Shown here: piece after piece, positions 24,313-37,708 of the stretch | Layout: each line of letters opens with the position of its first letter | Numbering within the stretch: position 1 is the stretch's first letter | Origin: Octopus sinensis | Taxonomy: Eukaryota | NCBI RefSeq assembly: GCF_006345805.1 | Contig: NC_043012.1 | Span: forward strand, 21,762,001 to 21,826,000 | Direction: 5' to 3' | Length of the DNA: 64,000 bases | The notes under the pieces: model-generated | The model's database searches: none | The model's input: the letters and a program-made list of their open reading frames with translations, nothing else | What the model was told of the DNA's origin: nothing | Translations under genes and position numbers: made by a program

Positions 24313-24934
24313 ACAGAACTGGGAATGGTTATTTTCGGTTTAGCCTAGAGACAAGTAAATTCAGCCTAGCCTAGCCTGAAGACAAGTTCATTCGACTTTA
24401 GAAGTCGTGTCTCCTGGAACCAATTAACAACATACGGTGAGGTATGCCTGTATATAACCTTCAGCATAATAGCAGTGAGTGTATTTCACTAGCTTAGTAG
24501 CTTCCAAGTGATAAAAGGTTTTTTTTTTTTCTCATTTCTCTTTTTCTTTCATTGCTGATGTAATTTTGCTGGCATATATTGCTTCAAGTTTTCTGGTTTA
24601 GGGATTAGAAAATAATTATTATGCAATACAATGAAAAATATTGCAATAATAGGAAAATATTGACCATTATTTGAGTTTAGGTGAGGTATTTAGAGATCTT
24701 CAATTTATTTTTAGTCTTTGACTTGTGTTTTTTTTATCTGTTATAATAGACAAATATACTGATACACACACATACTGTCCAGTCCCTTATAGTTCACTGT
24801 GGTTTCTATCATACATACACATATAAGTTTTTCTTTAGGTATAGACAGTCTGATAAATGTTAGTATATGTGAGATGAGGTACTCATCTGTGATCTTTAGC
24901 TACTATTTTTGAATAAATAAATATGTGTATCCTC

Positions 24935-25510
24935 TTATATTTTACTGGTTTCATTTATTGGACTGCAGCCAAGCTGAGGCACCCCTTAAAGGGTTTTAGT
25001 CAATCTGATTTGATCCAGTATATATTTCAAACTGTTATTATTTTATCAGACTTAGTCGATTGTCTCAGTTTTATGATAGAACTGGCATATTATTACTGTA
25101 ACGCATGCTTGCGTATTCCCAATACACTTGTAAAATGGTTGGTAAGACTGAAGGTATTCAGCTACATGACGTATATGAACACCAGCCAATGGAAAGCAGA
25201 TATAAAACAACATAGTAGAGAGTCTGATCCCACTGTCGGGTATTTCAGTAACTGTCTTCTACTATAGCCTTGAGTTGGCCAGTACTTTGTGAGGGGAATT
25301 TAGTTTGATTGAAGTTGTGGAAAAGACCATCACACGTGTGTGCATGTATGTGTGTCTGTATTTATATGTTTGGCACAACACAAGTAAGTTGTAAAAGCCT
25401 GTGTTGTTTCAAAAAGTATAGTGTAGTGAGCAGTATAATGTAAGATACATACCGCATTGAAATAAGTAATAGTGCTCCAACATGGCCATAGTGCAGTGTT
25501 TGAAATCCAT
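24935..25510. mobile_element. Two degenerate family B SINE fragments (- then +)
   Basis: Minus-strand 3' part at about 24935-25145; plus-strand tgtcttctactatagccttgagttggcc...gtgctccaacatggcc at about 25250-25510. Confidence 0.55.
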
Positions 25511-26949
25511 TAAAAATATATATACATGAATGTATATTCACTCATGAACACTTGTATTATTCTTGTTAGAATGTGAGTGCGTATGTGCACATGATGATAA
25601 ATGCTACAAATAACGAAACCTATGACCTTCACTAACATGATGAAATTAAGTGCATAGAAGTATTGGTTCTACAAAAAGTTGTAATTGTGTAAGATATTGA
25701 TTTAGAATACAAAGAATGAAGGTTTGGGTGTAATCTTTAGAAAAATGTATTGGGCTGTGAACTTTTTTTTTGGAAAAAAAATCAATCATCTGTAATTTAG
25801 CTGCAGACATTTTTATCCAACAGATACAATCTTAACTTAGTGCTTATTTGATTCTGTTTTGCTATCCAATCACATTTTTGATGAAACCATAACCTTGGCA
25901 GTTGATGTGAATAGGTAGCAACAAACATAGTGAGAGAGATTGATAGATGGCTAGCCAGCTTGAGTTAAAAAACAACCAAAAAAGAATCAATGATTATATG
26001 TAAACATTTAAGAGAAAGGCAAGAAAACATTTTCTTGTATTATTTTTGCAGTTCTTGTATTTAGTATGAATAGTTGCCAATGAAGCTTATAAACTTATTT
26101 ATAATAGTGAATTGTTTGCAATGTCATATTCAAGATTTGATCCTCTTATAGTTGTTCTTTATTTATTTACAGAGAATAAACAAAAAAATATATCTTGTGG
26201 TGGCAGTGGGAAATCAGTTTATGAATTAAATATTTTTGCCAGGAACATTTTCAATGTATAATTCTTAATATTTTATATATTTTCACTAAGTAATTGAAAG
26301 TTAAGTCAGCAGAAAGAATGGTGCACCAAATTAGATTTCTTTGCAATATTGTGTCCCATCTGCCTACATTTAGAGTTCAGATGCTACCTTTCATCTTATT
26401 TGTGGTTGGTGATACACTAGTATCAACAATGCAGTGGGATCAATTTTATAAACAGTGAAAATTGTTGTTGTCTCTCTAGTCAGGAGAAATCAATTTTTTT
26501 TTTTGTATTAAGTGGAAAATATAATTTTTCTATCATTTTAACGCGTAAAGTTAAACCTGTGTAATTATTTTTGTTGCAGTAGAGATAAAAATAGATACAC
26601 AACGAGAGAGATTGTAATGATAAGAGATGTCTATTGACCTAGACATGAATTCAGCTTTAATTAAGTTGCAGTGTAAAGTCTACATACCAGACTATCATTT
26701 ATTAGTAGCAGGATTCAGTAAAGAAGAGACAAGATTTAAGATTATTGATAATTTGATATTGGAATCGTAAAGTTGCCATATTACTACTGTGTATCATACT
26801 GGAATATTTCTATAGCCAAAGACTGCTTAACATGACTCATGCCTCACGATTTTCTCACTTTAGACTCAGTTCATATTTAACTTTTCAGTTTCATATTATG
26901 TGACAGGGATCAGCAACTTCTTTTCATATTAGCCCACTTTTCTTGTCAC

Positions 26950-27285
26950 ATTTCCCCATGGTTCCTATTGTACCAGGATCCCCCGATCCCTTATCTGGTG
27001 GTCAATGCGGAAACTAGGGATAGATGAATTGGTAGGTGAGTAGTAGAAGCCATGTACAGGGATACTGTCAGTAAGGTGAGGGTTGCTGAGTATAGCAGTG
27101 AATTCAGTGTACAGGTAGGAGTTCACCAAGGTTCAGTCTTCAGCCCCCACTCTTGTTCATCATAGTCCTCCAGGCTATAACAGAGGAAATTAAGATGGAC
27201 TTCCCTTGAGAACTCCTCTATGCTAATGACTTTATTCTTAAAGCATAGAAAACAGACGTTTAAACAATGATGATGATGATGATTG
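26950..27285 (+). mobile_element. RTE RT fragment plus (GAT)n tail
   Basis: gtaggagttcaccaaggttcagtcttcagcccc = VGVHQGSV-SP; gaactcctctatgctaatgac = ELLYAND (cf. LYADD). Confidence 0.75.
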
Positions 27286-28172
27286 CATTGTTCAATTAAA
27301 TGGAGCCGCTTGAAACGGTCGTACTGCATCACCTCTTGATATCCTGTTGCTTTCATGAAGTACTGACTTTGAACAATAGTTGTACTACAATGATTAAAGC
27401 TTATTAATCTAATTTAGTCCACAATCATATTTCCACTGTGTATGTGCACACACATACACACAAACACAGATTGAGGATTCAGCAGCTAGCTATTTAGATT
27501 TTGATTATATAAATATCGATAAAGTTTTAAGCAAATTTTTTATTTTCTCTCTTAGCTTAGTTAGCATTTAATGTCTTAGCATTTCATCACAGATGTATTT
27601 ATAGATTTAAAAAAAAATATTCTGTTAATAAAATTTTCTGTTTTAAAAGTTTTGTAATCTGATAAATTACTTGTTCTCAGAAAATACGAGCAATTCCCTC
27701 GATTTGTCTTTTCACCAAATCTCACCATACTTGGTAATGATTATTCTCTTTCTTTTCTTCTGTTTATTTCTCACTGGGTTGTTGATTTGTTATACATTTT
27801 ACTTTTAAAGCTTGAGTTAAAAATTCAAATAGAATTTACAGTTTAATACCTAAACTTTTATTTTGTTACTTAAAACTTAATTGTGCTTACACTAACTGTG
27901 TTGAAAGAATTTGATTTGCAAGTGTCACTCACTACTACTAGCTGAGTTCTGCTTAGCAAGTCCTGGTCTATGAATTTACTGTTGCTGTGTACGGCATACA
28001 CAAGTCACTCTTAAATATTGCATCACATGCTTTAACACAAAGCTGCAGAAAATGAAACACCTTATGAGTCTGACATTAAATTGTGTATATATGAATGTAC
28101 TGTGATTAAGCAGCAGGGAGGAAAATCTCAGCAGCTTTACTGTTTAAAAGTGATAATATAATGTTATTGATT

Positions 28173-28381
28173 GATGATGATGATGATACTACTACTACTA
28201 CTACCCCCCCCACCACTACTACAACCACCACCTCTACTACTACTACTACCACTACTACAATTACCACCACTACTACTACTACCACCACCACCACTACTAC
28301 CACCACCACCACTACTACTATTACAACTACCACCACTACTACCACCACCACCACCACCACCACCACTACTACTACTATTAC

Positions 28382-28413
<32 letters not shown>

Positions 28414-28414
28414 T

Positions 28415-28476
<62 letters not shown>

Positions 28477-28488
28477 CTCCTCCTCCTC
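28173..28488. repeat. (GAT)(ACT/ACC)n trinucleotide microsatellite
   Basis: Direct inspection; it produces the poly-T/V/L ORFs. Confidence 0.95.
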
Positions 28489-28729
28489 TGTGATAGGTAG
28501 TAGTTCTGGTATAAAATCTGATTATTTCTCTCTACATTTGTAACAAATCAAATACTTAGTTTCTTAGAGATCCCGGACATTTAACCGGCAGAAATAATAT
28601 ACATGGGTTGGGAGTTGCATTTTTATTTCTGTGGCAAATGAAATACATATTTATTATTGTTCTTTTTAACTCTGGTTTTGTTGGAACTCCTGGAGTCTTA
28701 CATGTGTAGCAGGCTTGCTGCTTGCAGCC

Positions 28730-29330
28730 TTTGACCTTGCTTTCATCTTTTCGGGGTTGGGTTGATAAAATAAGTACCAGTTGGATACTGGGGTTGATAT
28801 AATCAATTTAGCCCCTCTCCCAAAATTGCTGGCCTGCACCAAAATTTGAAATTGTTATTATTATTATTATTATTATTATTAAGGTGGCAAGCTGGCAGAA
28901 TTATTAGTACACTGGACGAAATGCTCAGAGGTATTTTGCTCATTTCTGTGTTTTGAGATCAAATTTCACCGAGGTCAACTTTGCCTTTCTTCTTTTCGGG
29001 GTCAATAAAATAAGTACCAGTTGAGTACTGGGGTTGATGTAATTGACTGATCTCCACCTCTCCCAAGCTGCCCTTGTGGCAAGAATTTGAAATAACTTTT
29101 AATTATTAAGGTGGCGCGCTGGCGCAATCATTACCATGCTGGACAACATGCTTAGCGGTATTTTGCCCATCGCTATGTTCTGAGTTCAAATTCTGCCAAG
29201 GTTGGCTTTGCATTTCATCCTTTTGGGGTCAGTAAATTAAGTACCAGTGAAACACTGGGGTTGATGTAATCGACTAGTCCCCTCCCCACAAATCTGAGGC
29301 CTTGTGCCTCTAGTAGAAAAGATTATTATT

Positions 29331-29364
<34 letters not shown>

Positions 29365-30045
29365 CTGTGGCAAGCTGGCAGAATCAGTAGGACACCAAAC
29401 AAAATTCTTAGCAGCATTTATTTCATCCATCTATATATTCTGAGTTCAGGTTGACTTTGCTTTTCACCCTTTTGAGGTCTATGAAATAAGTACCAGTTGA
29501 GCACTGGGGTCAGTGTAGTCAACTTACCCGCTTCCCTGAACTTTCTGACCTTGTGCTAAAATTTGAAATCATTATTATTGTTATTATTATTATTGCTGTG
29601 AGCTGGTTGGATCATTAGCACACTGGACAAAATGCTTAGTGGTATTCATCTGTCTTTGTTCTGAGTTCAAACACTAGCAAACTTAACTTTGCCTTACCTC
29701 CTTGTGAGATCGATGAATAAGTACCAGTAGAGCACTTTGGCAAAGTAATTGACAAGCCCCCCCCCCTCCTGCAAAATTTCAAGCCTTGTACCTAATGTAG
29801 ATGGGATTATTATTATTGTAAAGATGGTGAGCAGGCAGAGTTGTTAGCATGCTGGATAACATGTTTTGCAGAATTTCTTCACTTTTATGTCTGAGTTCAA
29901 ATTCTGCTGTGGTAAACTTTGCCTTTTAAACCATTCTAAGTTGACAAAATAAGTAACAGTCAAGCACTGGGGTTGATGTAATCAACTAGCTCCCTTCACC
30001 AAAATTTCAGGCCTTGTGCCTCCAGTGCAGAGGATTATTATTGTT
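28730..30045 (+). mobile_element. Array of about six head-to-tail family A SINE copies
   Basis: Units start near 28730 (partial), 28881, 29108, 29366, 29596 and 29821; each ends in (ATT)n/(ATC)n. Confidence 0.88.
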
Positions 30046-30125
30046 ATATATTAAAGCAAGCATATCTCATAAAGAGCTCCACAAAGCAGCCATTTTCAAC
30101 TAAGTCACTTTATAAGAAAAAGGGT

Positions 30126-30164
<39 letters not shown>

Positions 30165-31829
30165 TTTTGTGTGTGTGTGTTCCTATTCTACAAATAGATG
30201 GCTTGAGAGTCTACCCCATTATCTTGGGTAGAAGAAATCTTTGTTTTTAAATTTTCATATGCATTTGAAAATAGCTGCTTCAAAAGAGCTAGAAGAGATG
30301 TCCACCAGAATAATAGTAATAGTAATGTCAGCAAACATGAGTCCCAAATTATTTAAAAAAAATAAAATAATCCTACAGTCAGGTGGATTTCCAAGCTTAT
30401 ATACTTACACAAGTACATTAGAAAACAAAAAAGAACAATGTTAAGAATGTTAATTTGAATCAAGAAATGTTGTGGGTTTGAAAAAGAAGTAACTCTATTT
30501 GAGTCAGCTTGAGGTAAAGGAGAAAGTACAAGGTATATCACAAAAGATAATGGCTCCAATGCTCTTTGAAAGAGGTATCGGTAGAAAACTGGCTGACAGA
30601 TGTGATGGGATGTGAACTTCATTGACTGAATCAAGGAATATGGAAGCATGTTCCTGGTTTAAAAAAAAAAAAAAAATTTTACATGATTTGGCAAAGAGAT
30701 TAGTAGAGCTTGTGTGCTTGATGCTTTCCCACAGGCTTTTGCTATATTACATGAGTCTCAGAAACACTGGGACCATAGCCAGATTGTTAAATAAACCCTT
30801 AGCTTGTCATCACTTTTGCGTCACACTGCAGATACATGGTAAACATGGGAATGACCTGCAACAACATGTCAAATAGGTTGGCAACAGTTTTGGAGAACCC
30901 ACTTAGCAGGCAACCTATAGCAGATGTGGCCAGAGTCACAGTGTATCCTGATTCTACAAAATGGTGATATGTCACTCCCATGTGGGTGGGCTGCCTTTGT
31001 ATACAAAACTTTTTAAGTTGTCTTAATTCATTATAGGGTCTTTTGGCACAATAAAGAAAGCAATAGAGAATAGACTTAATAAAAAATAAATAGAATTTAG
31101 ACAAAATATTATAATTATTTATATATATTTTACTAAGTATACTATGTATTCATTCATGTGTTATAGAGCTTAGGATAAATTTCATATTTTTTTTGTGCAA
31201 TCATTTGAAGAAAATGATGATTTTTCATTCTCTCTTTCCATAAAAAAAAAAACATATCTATTATCAAAAACAGTATTCTTAACTTAATATTAACCCCCAA
31301 GAATCCTGTACCTTCTTTTATATACCTTCTCAGCATTCATCTGATACATTATTCTTTATGGTCCAGTTTCAGAAAATAACTTAACTATATCGTCTATTAA
31401 GCTCTTAATTGACAAACTCCTTTTAACTTGACTTAACAATATATTGATTCCTATGACCCACTTTCAAAATAAACTTTTCTTATAAAGTCTAAAATAGAAA
31501 CTAAATAAAGTCTGTTGATCCATTCCAGTTTGCTACACATTAAGGGCTTCTATTTATTATTGTAACCTATTTATTCATTAAAATTACAAACAGAATAATA
31601 GAAACTAATTTAAACACATGTTGGTTTTAGTGAAAAACATTTTTAATAAATAAAATAATCATATTAAATTTTAAATGGTTTCCATTTGAAAATAAGATTT
31701 ATTGCTGTAGTTTGTTTCTCTGTAATATTTATTTCCTCTGTTGTCTCTGTCCGTATTTGCATTTAAAAAAAAATATATATTTCTAATAGAAAGTATGAAT
31801 ATTATAATACTACATTCTACATCTCATTT

Positions 31830-32217
31830 GGCTGGAAGCACTCCGTCAGTTACGACGACGAGTGTTCCGGTTGATCCGAATCAACGGAACAGCCTGCTCG
31901 TGAAATTAACGTGTAAGTGGCTGAGCACTCCACAGACACGTGTACCCTTAACGTAGTTCTCGGGGATATTCAGCGTGACACAGAGAGTGACAAGGCCGGC
32001 CCTTTGAAATACAGGTACAACAGAAACAGGAAGTAAGAGTGAGAGAAAGTTGTGGTGAAAGAGTACAGCAGGGATCACCACCATCCCCTGCCGGAGCCTC
32101 ATGGAGCTTTAGGTGTTTTCGCTCAATAAACACTCACAACGCCCGGTCTGGGAATCGAAACCGCGATCCTATGACCGCGAGTCCGCTGCCCTAACCACTG
32201 GGCCATTGCGCCTCCAC
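31830..32217 (-). mobile_element. Young full-length tRNA-derived SINE (family C), 12-bp TSD
   Basis: Reverse complement of 23928-24312 with about 5 differences; TSD tacatctcattt at 31818-31829 and 32218-32229. Confidence 0.92.
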
Positions 32218-33282
32218 TACATCTCATTTACTTGTTATAAAATACTCGATTTCTTTTGAGTTATTTGTTACACGTTAATGATGATATGAGATGCATGTTG
32301 GCCTATTAGGTCTTCAATTTGTTAAATACGAATGAGAGTGAGAAAAATTATTTTAGAATCTTTAAATCTCAACTAATCATCAACTTTTATTGAATTGATT
32401 TGAGAAACAAAACTGGTTTTAATTTTGTAAAAGAGGGAAGAATCAATATTTGCTGAACTGAAGCCACTATTTTAATGGAATTTCTTGTTGTCATAACATC
32501 TAAACCAGCTGGTTATTTATTCTCCTGATATCTAAAGACAAAAAATATTGGAATATAAAAATAGAGAAAAATAAGTTTAGAGTTGGCCTTGAAATTTTAA
32601 TTATTTGTGAGAATGACAATATATGAATTTTGTTAATCCTGTTTTTAGCTTAATAGTATTATTTTATATCCAAGAGTAATTTTTGGAGTTCATCTACAAT
32701 AATATGCTGTTTGACCAATTCCTAAACATGACAATGTATTGTATTTCATCTACATTGCCTGATGCCATTGGAAAATGGAAGAAGGTCACAATTTTTCTCA
32801 TATTTCCATATTACATCTTCAGATTGCAAAAGTGGCACCTGAAAATACCATCTCTCTTATTTTGGTGTTGTGTATTATTATACTTCATTTATGTCATAGA
32901 ATTATTCAAAATTAAAGACTTTCCATTTTTAAAATGTAACCTTTCCCTTTGTTTACCTTTCTTAAATGTCATTTCTGTCATGAATTATCCTACAATTTCT
33001 TTTGCTTTACATATTATTAATCTATGTATAAGATTTTGGATTTTATCATATACCATCACATCAAAGTCTTTATTCTTAATCTTATCTTTCAGAGGTCCAT
33101 AAATCCCAAGCGTAGTCTAATTTTGTCTTAGCATTGATATCAGCCACTTAGGTAGAACTGTATTACTGGCAAATCATTCTATTGATTATTAAATACAATA
33201 CAACCATGGATTAACCACCTACATTTTGGGCTGTCTAATAGGTTTATCCAATTTTATGTGGAATTAGTTTACTCTTTAGCAG

Positions 33283-33306
33283 GATAACAGACTTTGTTTG
33301 ACTGAG
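33283..33306 (+). other. Candidate micro-exon (or 3' part of a 33093-33306 exon)
   Basis: NAGNAG acceptor tttactctttagcag and strong donor gag|gtgagt. An alternative upstream acceptor, cttatctttcag, ends at 33092. Confidence 0.3.
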
Positions 33307-34235
33307 GTGAGTCGATCAATGTTTTGGTCTAAGGTTATTCACCTACTTATCAATTGTCATTTAGCTCAATTGATTTCAGAATTGATCTCAGCTGATATAC
33401 ATTTAATATTACATGTTGCATATCTTACAAATTAGGATCTGTTAAAATATAAACATTTTATCATGTATTATCACTTACAATTAGTTTAAATTGAATACCA
33501 TTCTACAGTGAAATTGTAACTTGAAATTTTTTTACACACTATGTAAAAACAGTTTTGATAAAAAATAAATGCAATAATTTTGGAATGTATACAATTCAAG
33601 ATATGTATTCCAAAATTATCACTTCTATTTTTTATATTTAATATTTGTTATATTCAATATCCAAAATGGATGTTTTTTACATGTAGGTGCTGAATTCTAA
33701 TGCATGTTCAATAATATAAGATAAATGTAGAACTAAACAATTCCAAAGTCCTGAGGTAAAGTTTTCAGATTCCCAAATCCATTCTTGAATCTTCAATTGA
33801 ATAGGACAGTGATCTCTCACAGATTACATTCTCAGAAGATTTGGTACCTATACCCCATTGGCTAGTTTAACTGACATAAAGTAGAATTACTGAGATAATG
33901 AAAGCTAATGTAGAAATAAGTACAAAATAATGCACCTGCAGTAGAATTGAACTTGAGATACTGAATGAAAATGTGAACATTTTATGAAAATTATGTCAGT
34001 GGAATTTCATTTAAATCTTCTCACATTTTGTAAAATCTTACACTTGAAAAACACTTCAGATTTGCTTCTATAAACAAGTATCACCTTCTGTTCATTTCAA
34101 AATAGTTTAATGTCTTATTATTTCATGCAATATAACTATTTTATTAGTCTTTTGGTTAATGAAAGCATTTTTTAAATGTATTTTATAATGTTCTTTCATT
34201 TTAATTTATCTATTTTCTGTTTTATTTTTTCCCAG

Positions 34236-34300
34236 AATATATTTCATATATGGTGTACTTACCAGAGGAATAAACAACATAGCAATTCATTTTATTTATT
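34236..34300 (+). other. Candidate 65-nt exon of host transcript
   Basis: Long pyrimidine tract ttttctgttttattttttcccag and consensus donor gtaagt, in unique (non-TE) sequence. Confidence 0.5.
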
Positions 34301-36012
34301 GTAAGTATTGTTTTAAATTTTTAATTGATTTCATATCACTTGTAGATGACACATAGTTGATAATAAAACTTCATTATTCACTGAAGTGCAATCAGTGTCA
34401 TAGGTATTAGAGATTGTGGATCAGATAATGGAGAATGTGAGTGGGGCTGATGATAGTAGTGACTGGATACTACAGAAGTGGTATGTGTATGCATGCAAGT
34501 GTCTGTAGGAACAGGCACAAAAGGATGGTCCAAGAATGGACTTATTGAGACCTACATAGTGCAAAACACGGAAATAGAAAATGAGTTTAATTTCAAAATT
34601 TTGCTTATTTTCACAATAAATTATCTCAAACATTTAGGCATGTAAAAGAAAGGAAATTGTCTTCTGTGGATCAATTTACTATGATATATGATTAACTTGA
34701 ATTGTGTTTTCTCCATTGTCTTGTTTTTATATATTAATTGGGTAATGGGCAGATATCTGCTTTTGGTTCAATACCCTAAGAATTGAAATTTCAATCCTAC
34801 TGGGGTCGGTTTTACTTTGTATACATCTGCTGCTGTGTTGATACAATAGATACTAGCTTCTAGGTAACACACGTTCTTTGTTTACCTAGCTTTGGAATAG
34901 ATAAGAAAGCAAGCCTTGATGAACCAGTCTCTTAATTAGAGGTAGTTCTGTCTATCGTTTGTCTAACTTTATAGAAACATCTTTTAATACTAGCTCTGTA
35001 AAGGATTATTCAGGATATTGGATTAAGCAATTATACCAGTGTACCCACAACACTGCTTAAACATGTAGATATAATTAGTCTGTTAACCTTACTTTATGTT
35101 ATTGGTGTTTAGTTGCCAGGTGAGCTCTGGTTGAACAGACCTATGAAAGAGGTGGCCAGTTGAATAATTAGGCGCAATCCACGTTTTATGCTTTATTGCA
35201 GTTAAGTACTCAATGTTTCAATTAGTAATCTCTCCAGCTGTGAATAGGAGTATATAAGAAAGGATTGTCTGAAAAGGAGAACATTAGTGTTTAGAACATT
35301 TTGGAAGTGGAGAAAAAATAAGAGAGTAAACTTTTTGTTAATAAGCTATTTAAATTATCACTTACATTTTTTTTTAATGTTAATGTTGAAGAGATAATAT
35401 CAATATGTAGAATTGAGATTAAATTCCATTGAAGAAAACCAGAAATACTATCCAAAAATAACCAAGCTTAAATTCTCTTAAATGTATAATAATTATAACT
35501 TTCAATATCCAATTGGAAGCAAAAAACATTTATATTACAGTCTTTGAAAAACAATATTTGTAGAATACCACCTCTACATGGGTAACTTTTATAAAATATT
35601 TTATATATTTTTCATTGCTAATTGCAGTGTGCCTTTAAATAGCTTTCTTTTCTCATCTCCACAATAAAACTAAATGCAAATCATTGATTTTTTTTTCACA
35701 AAAATTTCAAATTTTTTTATTTTATTTTATCTAACTTCATTTTGTTTTAATTTTTATCTTAATTGGATTTACTTTTCTTTTTACAAATACTTTAATTAAA
35801 TGTTATATTTATTTCTGTAAAATTGAAAGTGTAATAAGTGTATGAAAAGTGGAGTGGTTTTCAGAGCAGAATAGAAAGCATTTAAAAGGATGACTAAAAT
35901 TAGTATAATCAAGTTTTTATTTTATAGAAAAACAAGAGATGGCTATGTGAATGTAAATGTAAAAGATAAGAAGAGTTTGACAATCAAATTTATAGCTTTA
36001 TCAATAACATAT

Positions 36013-36415
36013 ACTCTTTTACTCTTTTTACTCGTTTACTTGTTTCAGTCATTTACTGTGGCCATGCTGGAGCAGCGCCTTTAGTCGAGCAAATCGACCC
36101 TAGGACTTATTCTTTGTAAGCCTAGTACTTATTGTATCAGTATCTTTTGCTGAACCGCTAAGTTACGGGGGCGTAAATGCACCAGCATCGGTTGTCAAGC
36201 GATGTTGGGGGGGGGGACAAACATACACACACACACATATATATATATACATATATACGACGGGCTTCTTTCATTTTCCGTCTACCAAATCCACTCATAA
36301 GGCTTTGGTCGGCCAGAGGCTATAGTAGAAAATGCTTGTCTAAAGTGCCACACAGTGGGACTGAACCCGGAACTATGTGGTTCGTAAGCAAGCTACTTAC
36401 CACACAGCCACTCCT
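36013..36415 (-). mobile_element. Full-length SINE family B
   Basis: Reverse complement of the 61903-62304 pattern, including the tRNA-like head ggagtggctgtgtggtaagtagcttgc...gggttcagtccc. Confidence 0.9.
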
Positions 36416-36927
36416 ATATACATAGGTGTTAGTATACATTATAATGCTGTGTTTAGCAAAAAGGAAAGGTAATTGGATAAAGGACATTTCTGGTTGTCTG
36501 AATATAAAATAAATATATAAATACGTATTTTTCTGTTTTTATGTCAAGTTATAATAAAAAAATAATTTAACCTTTTGATCTGTTAGCCTTTGTCAGACTG
36601 TGTAACAAAGTTACACTACTCACCTATGTAGTTAATTTGGTATTTCCCACATTGCTGGAAAACATTCTTGGAAGTTGTATATAGTTTGTTTTTATTGATG
36701 TTTTTGCCCCAAGACACAGAGTCTCATATTTATAAGGGAGGAGAAATGTTAAGTGTTGCCTTTCAGGCTTTTCTGAAATTTAAACTTATGTAAAATAACT
36801 TCAATCTAGCTGGGAGTTGACTTTTTGGCATTGACTGCATAATTTTTGTATTTTGAAAGAATATTTTAAATTTTAATTTCCATTGGATCACTACATAGTA
36901 GATAGGTGATGCCTATATTGATGTTTA

Positions 36928-37157
36928 GGTAGTGAGCTGGCAGAAACATTAGCGCGACGGTCGAAATGCTTAGCGATATTTCGTCTGCCGTTACGTTCAG
37001 AGTTCGAATTACGCCGAGGTCGACTTTACCTTTCATCCTTTCGGGGTTGATAAATTAAGTACCAGTCACGCACTGGGATCGATGTAATCGACTTAATCCT
37101 TTGTCTGTCCTTGTTTGTCCCCTCTATGTTTAGCTCCTTGTGGGCAATAAAGAAATA
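36928..37157 (+). mobile_element. Full-length SINE family A, 14-bp TSD
   Basis: TSD tatattgatgttta at 36914-36927 and 37158-37171. Confidence 0.9.
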
Positions 37158-37654
37158 TATATTGATGTTTACATGCTAACGTGCATGTATCTTTAATTGG
37201 TGGTTGCATTTCATGTTCAAGGATGTATGAAATCACCGTTAAAAACAAATCAGGTTAAAAAAGTTTATATTTTGATTAGTTTTGTAAGGCATCGTATAGG
37301 CATTTCATGCATTATAAGCTTGTGAAATATAAAAATGAAGGAAATGTGCTGAGGTGTAATCATTAGGCCGTCATTATGAAGTGTAATCATTATGACCATC
37401 ATGGGGGAAACCTGAGATAATGTAATGTAGATTTAACCAAATCCTTGTTACACTGAAGTGGTCTAAGCAGAGTAATCATGAAGTAATTGAATTATAGATA
37501 CAGCTGATGCAGAGTATAGAAGATCCTACAAAAGAATGTTAAGTTAATAAGCCTGAGAAGTGAGCAGTTTAGAGTATTAGAGGCAACTATTATCTAGTAA
37601 TTGTAGTATATCATGTTTTCTATGAGTACATGAACTAATATCACAACTCACCAG

Positions 37655-37708
<54 letters not shown>

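Larger units (their letters stand above)
22739..24450 (+). mobile_element. Tigger/pogo DNA transposon deletion derivative, interrupted by a SINE
   Basis: Right TIR reads CAGGCATACCTC on the minus strand and is followed by TA at 24451-24452. The left TIR is degenerate, so that boundary is approximate. Internal transposase remnants are present. Confidence 0.75.

Noticed and set aside
28106-28500. Mucin-like poly-Thr / poly-Val ORFs
   Set aside because: Translation of an (ACT/ACC)n microsatellite, with no splice or coding context.
30241-31104. Overlapping 67-101 aa ORFs as host coding exons
   Set aside because: No recognisable domain and no consistent splice sites; possibly very old TE debris.
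33581-33608. miR-1-like sequence TGGAATGT
   Set aside because: Only the first 9 nt match, the rest diverges, and it lies on the wrong arm and runs into the loop.
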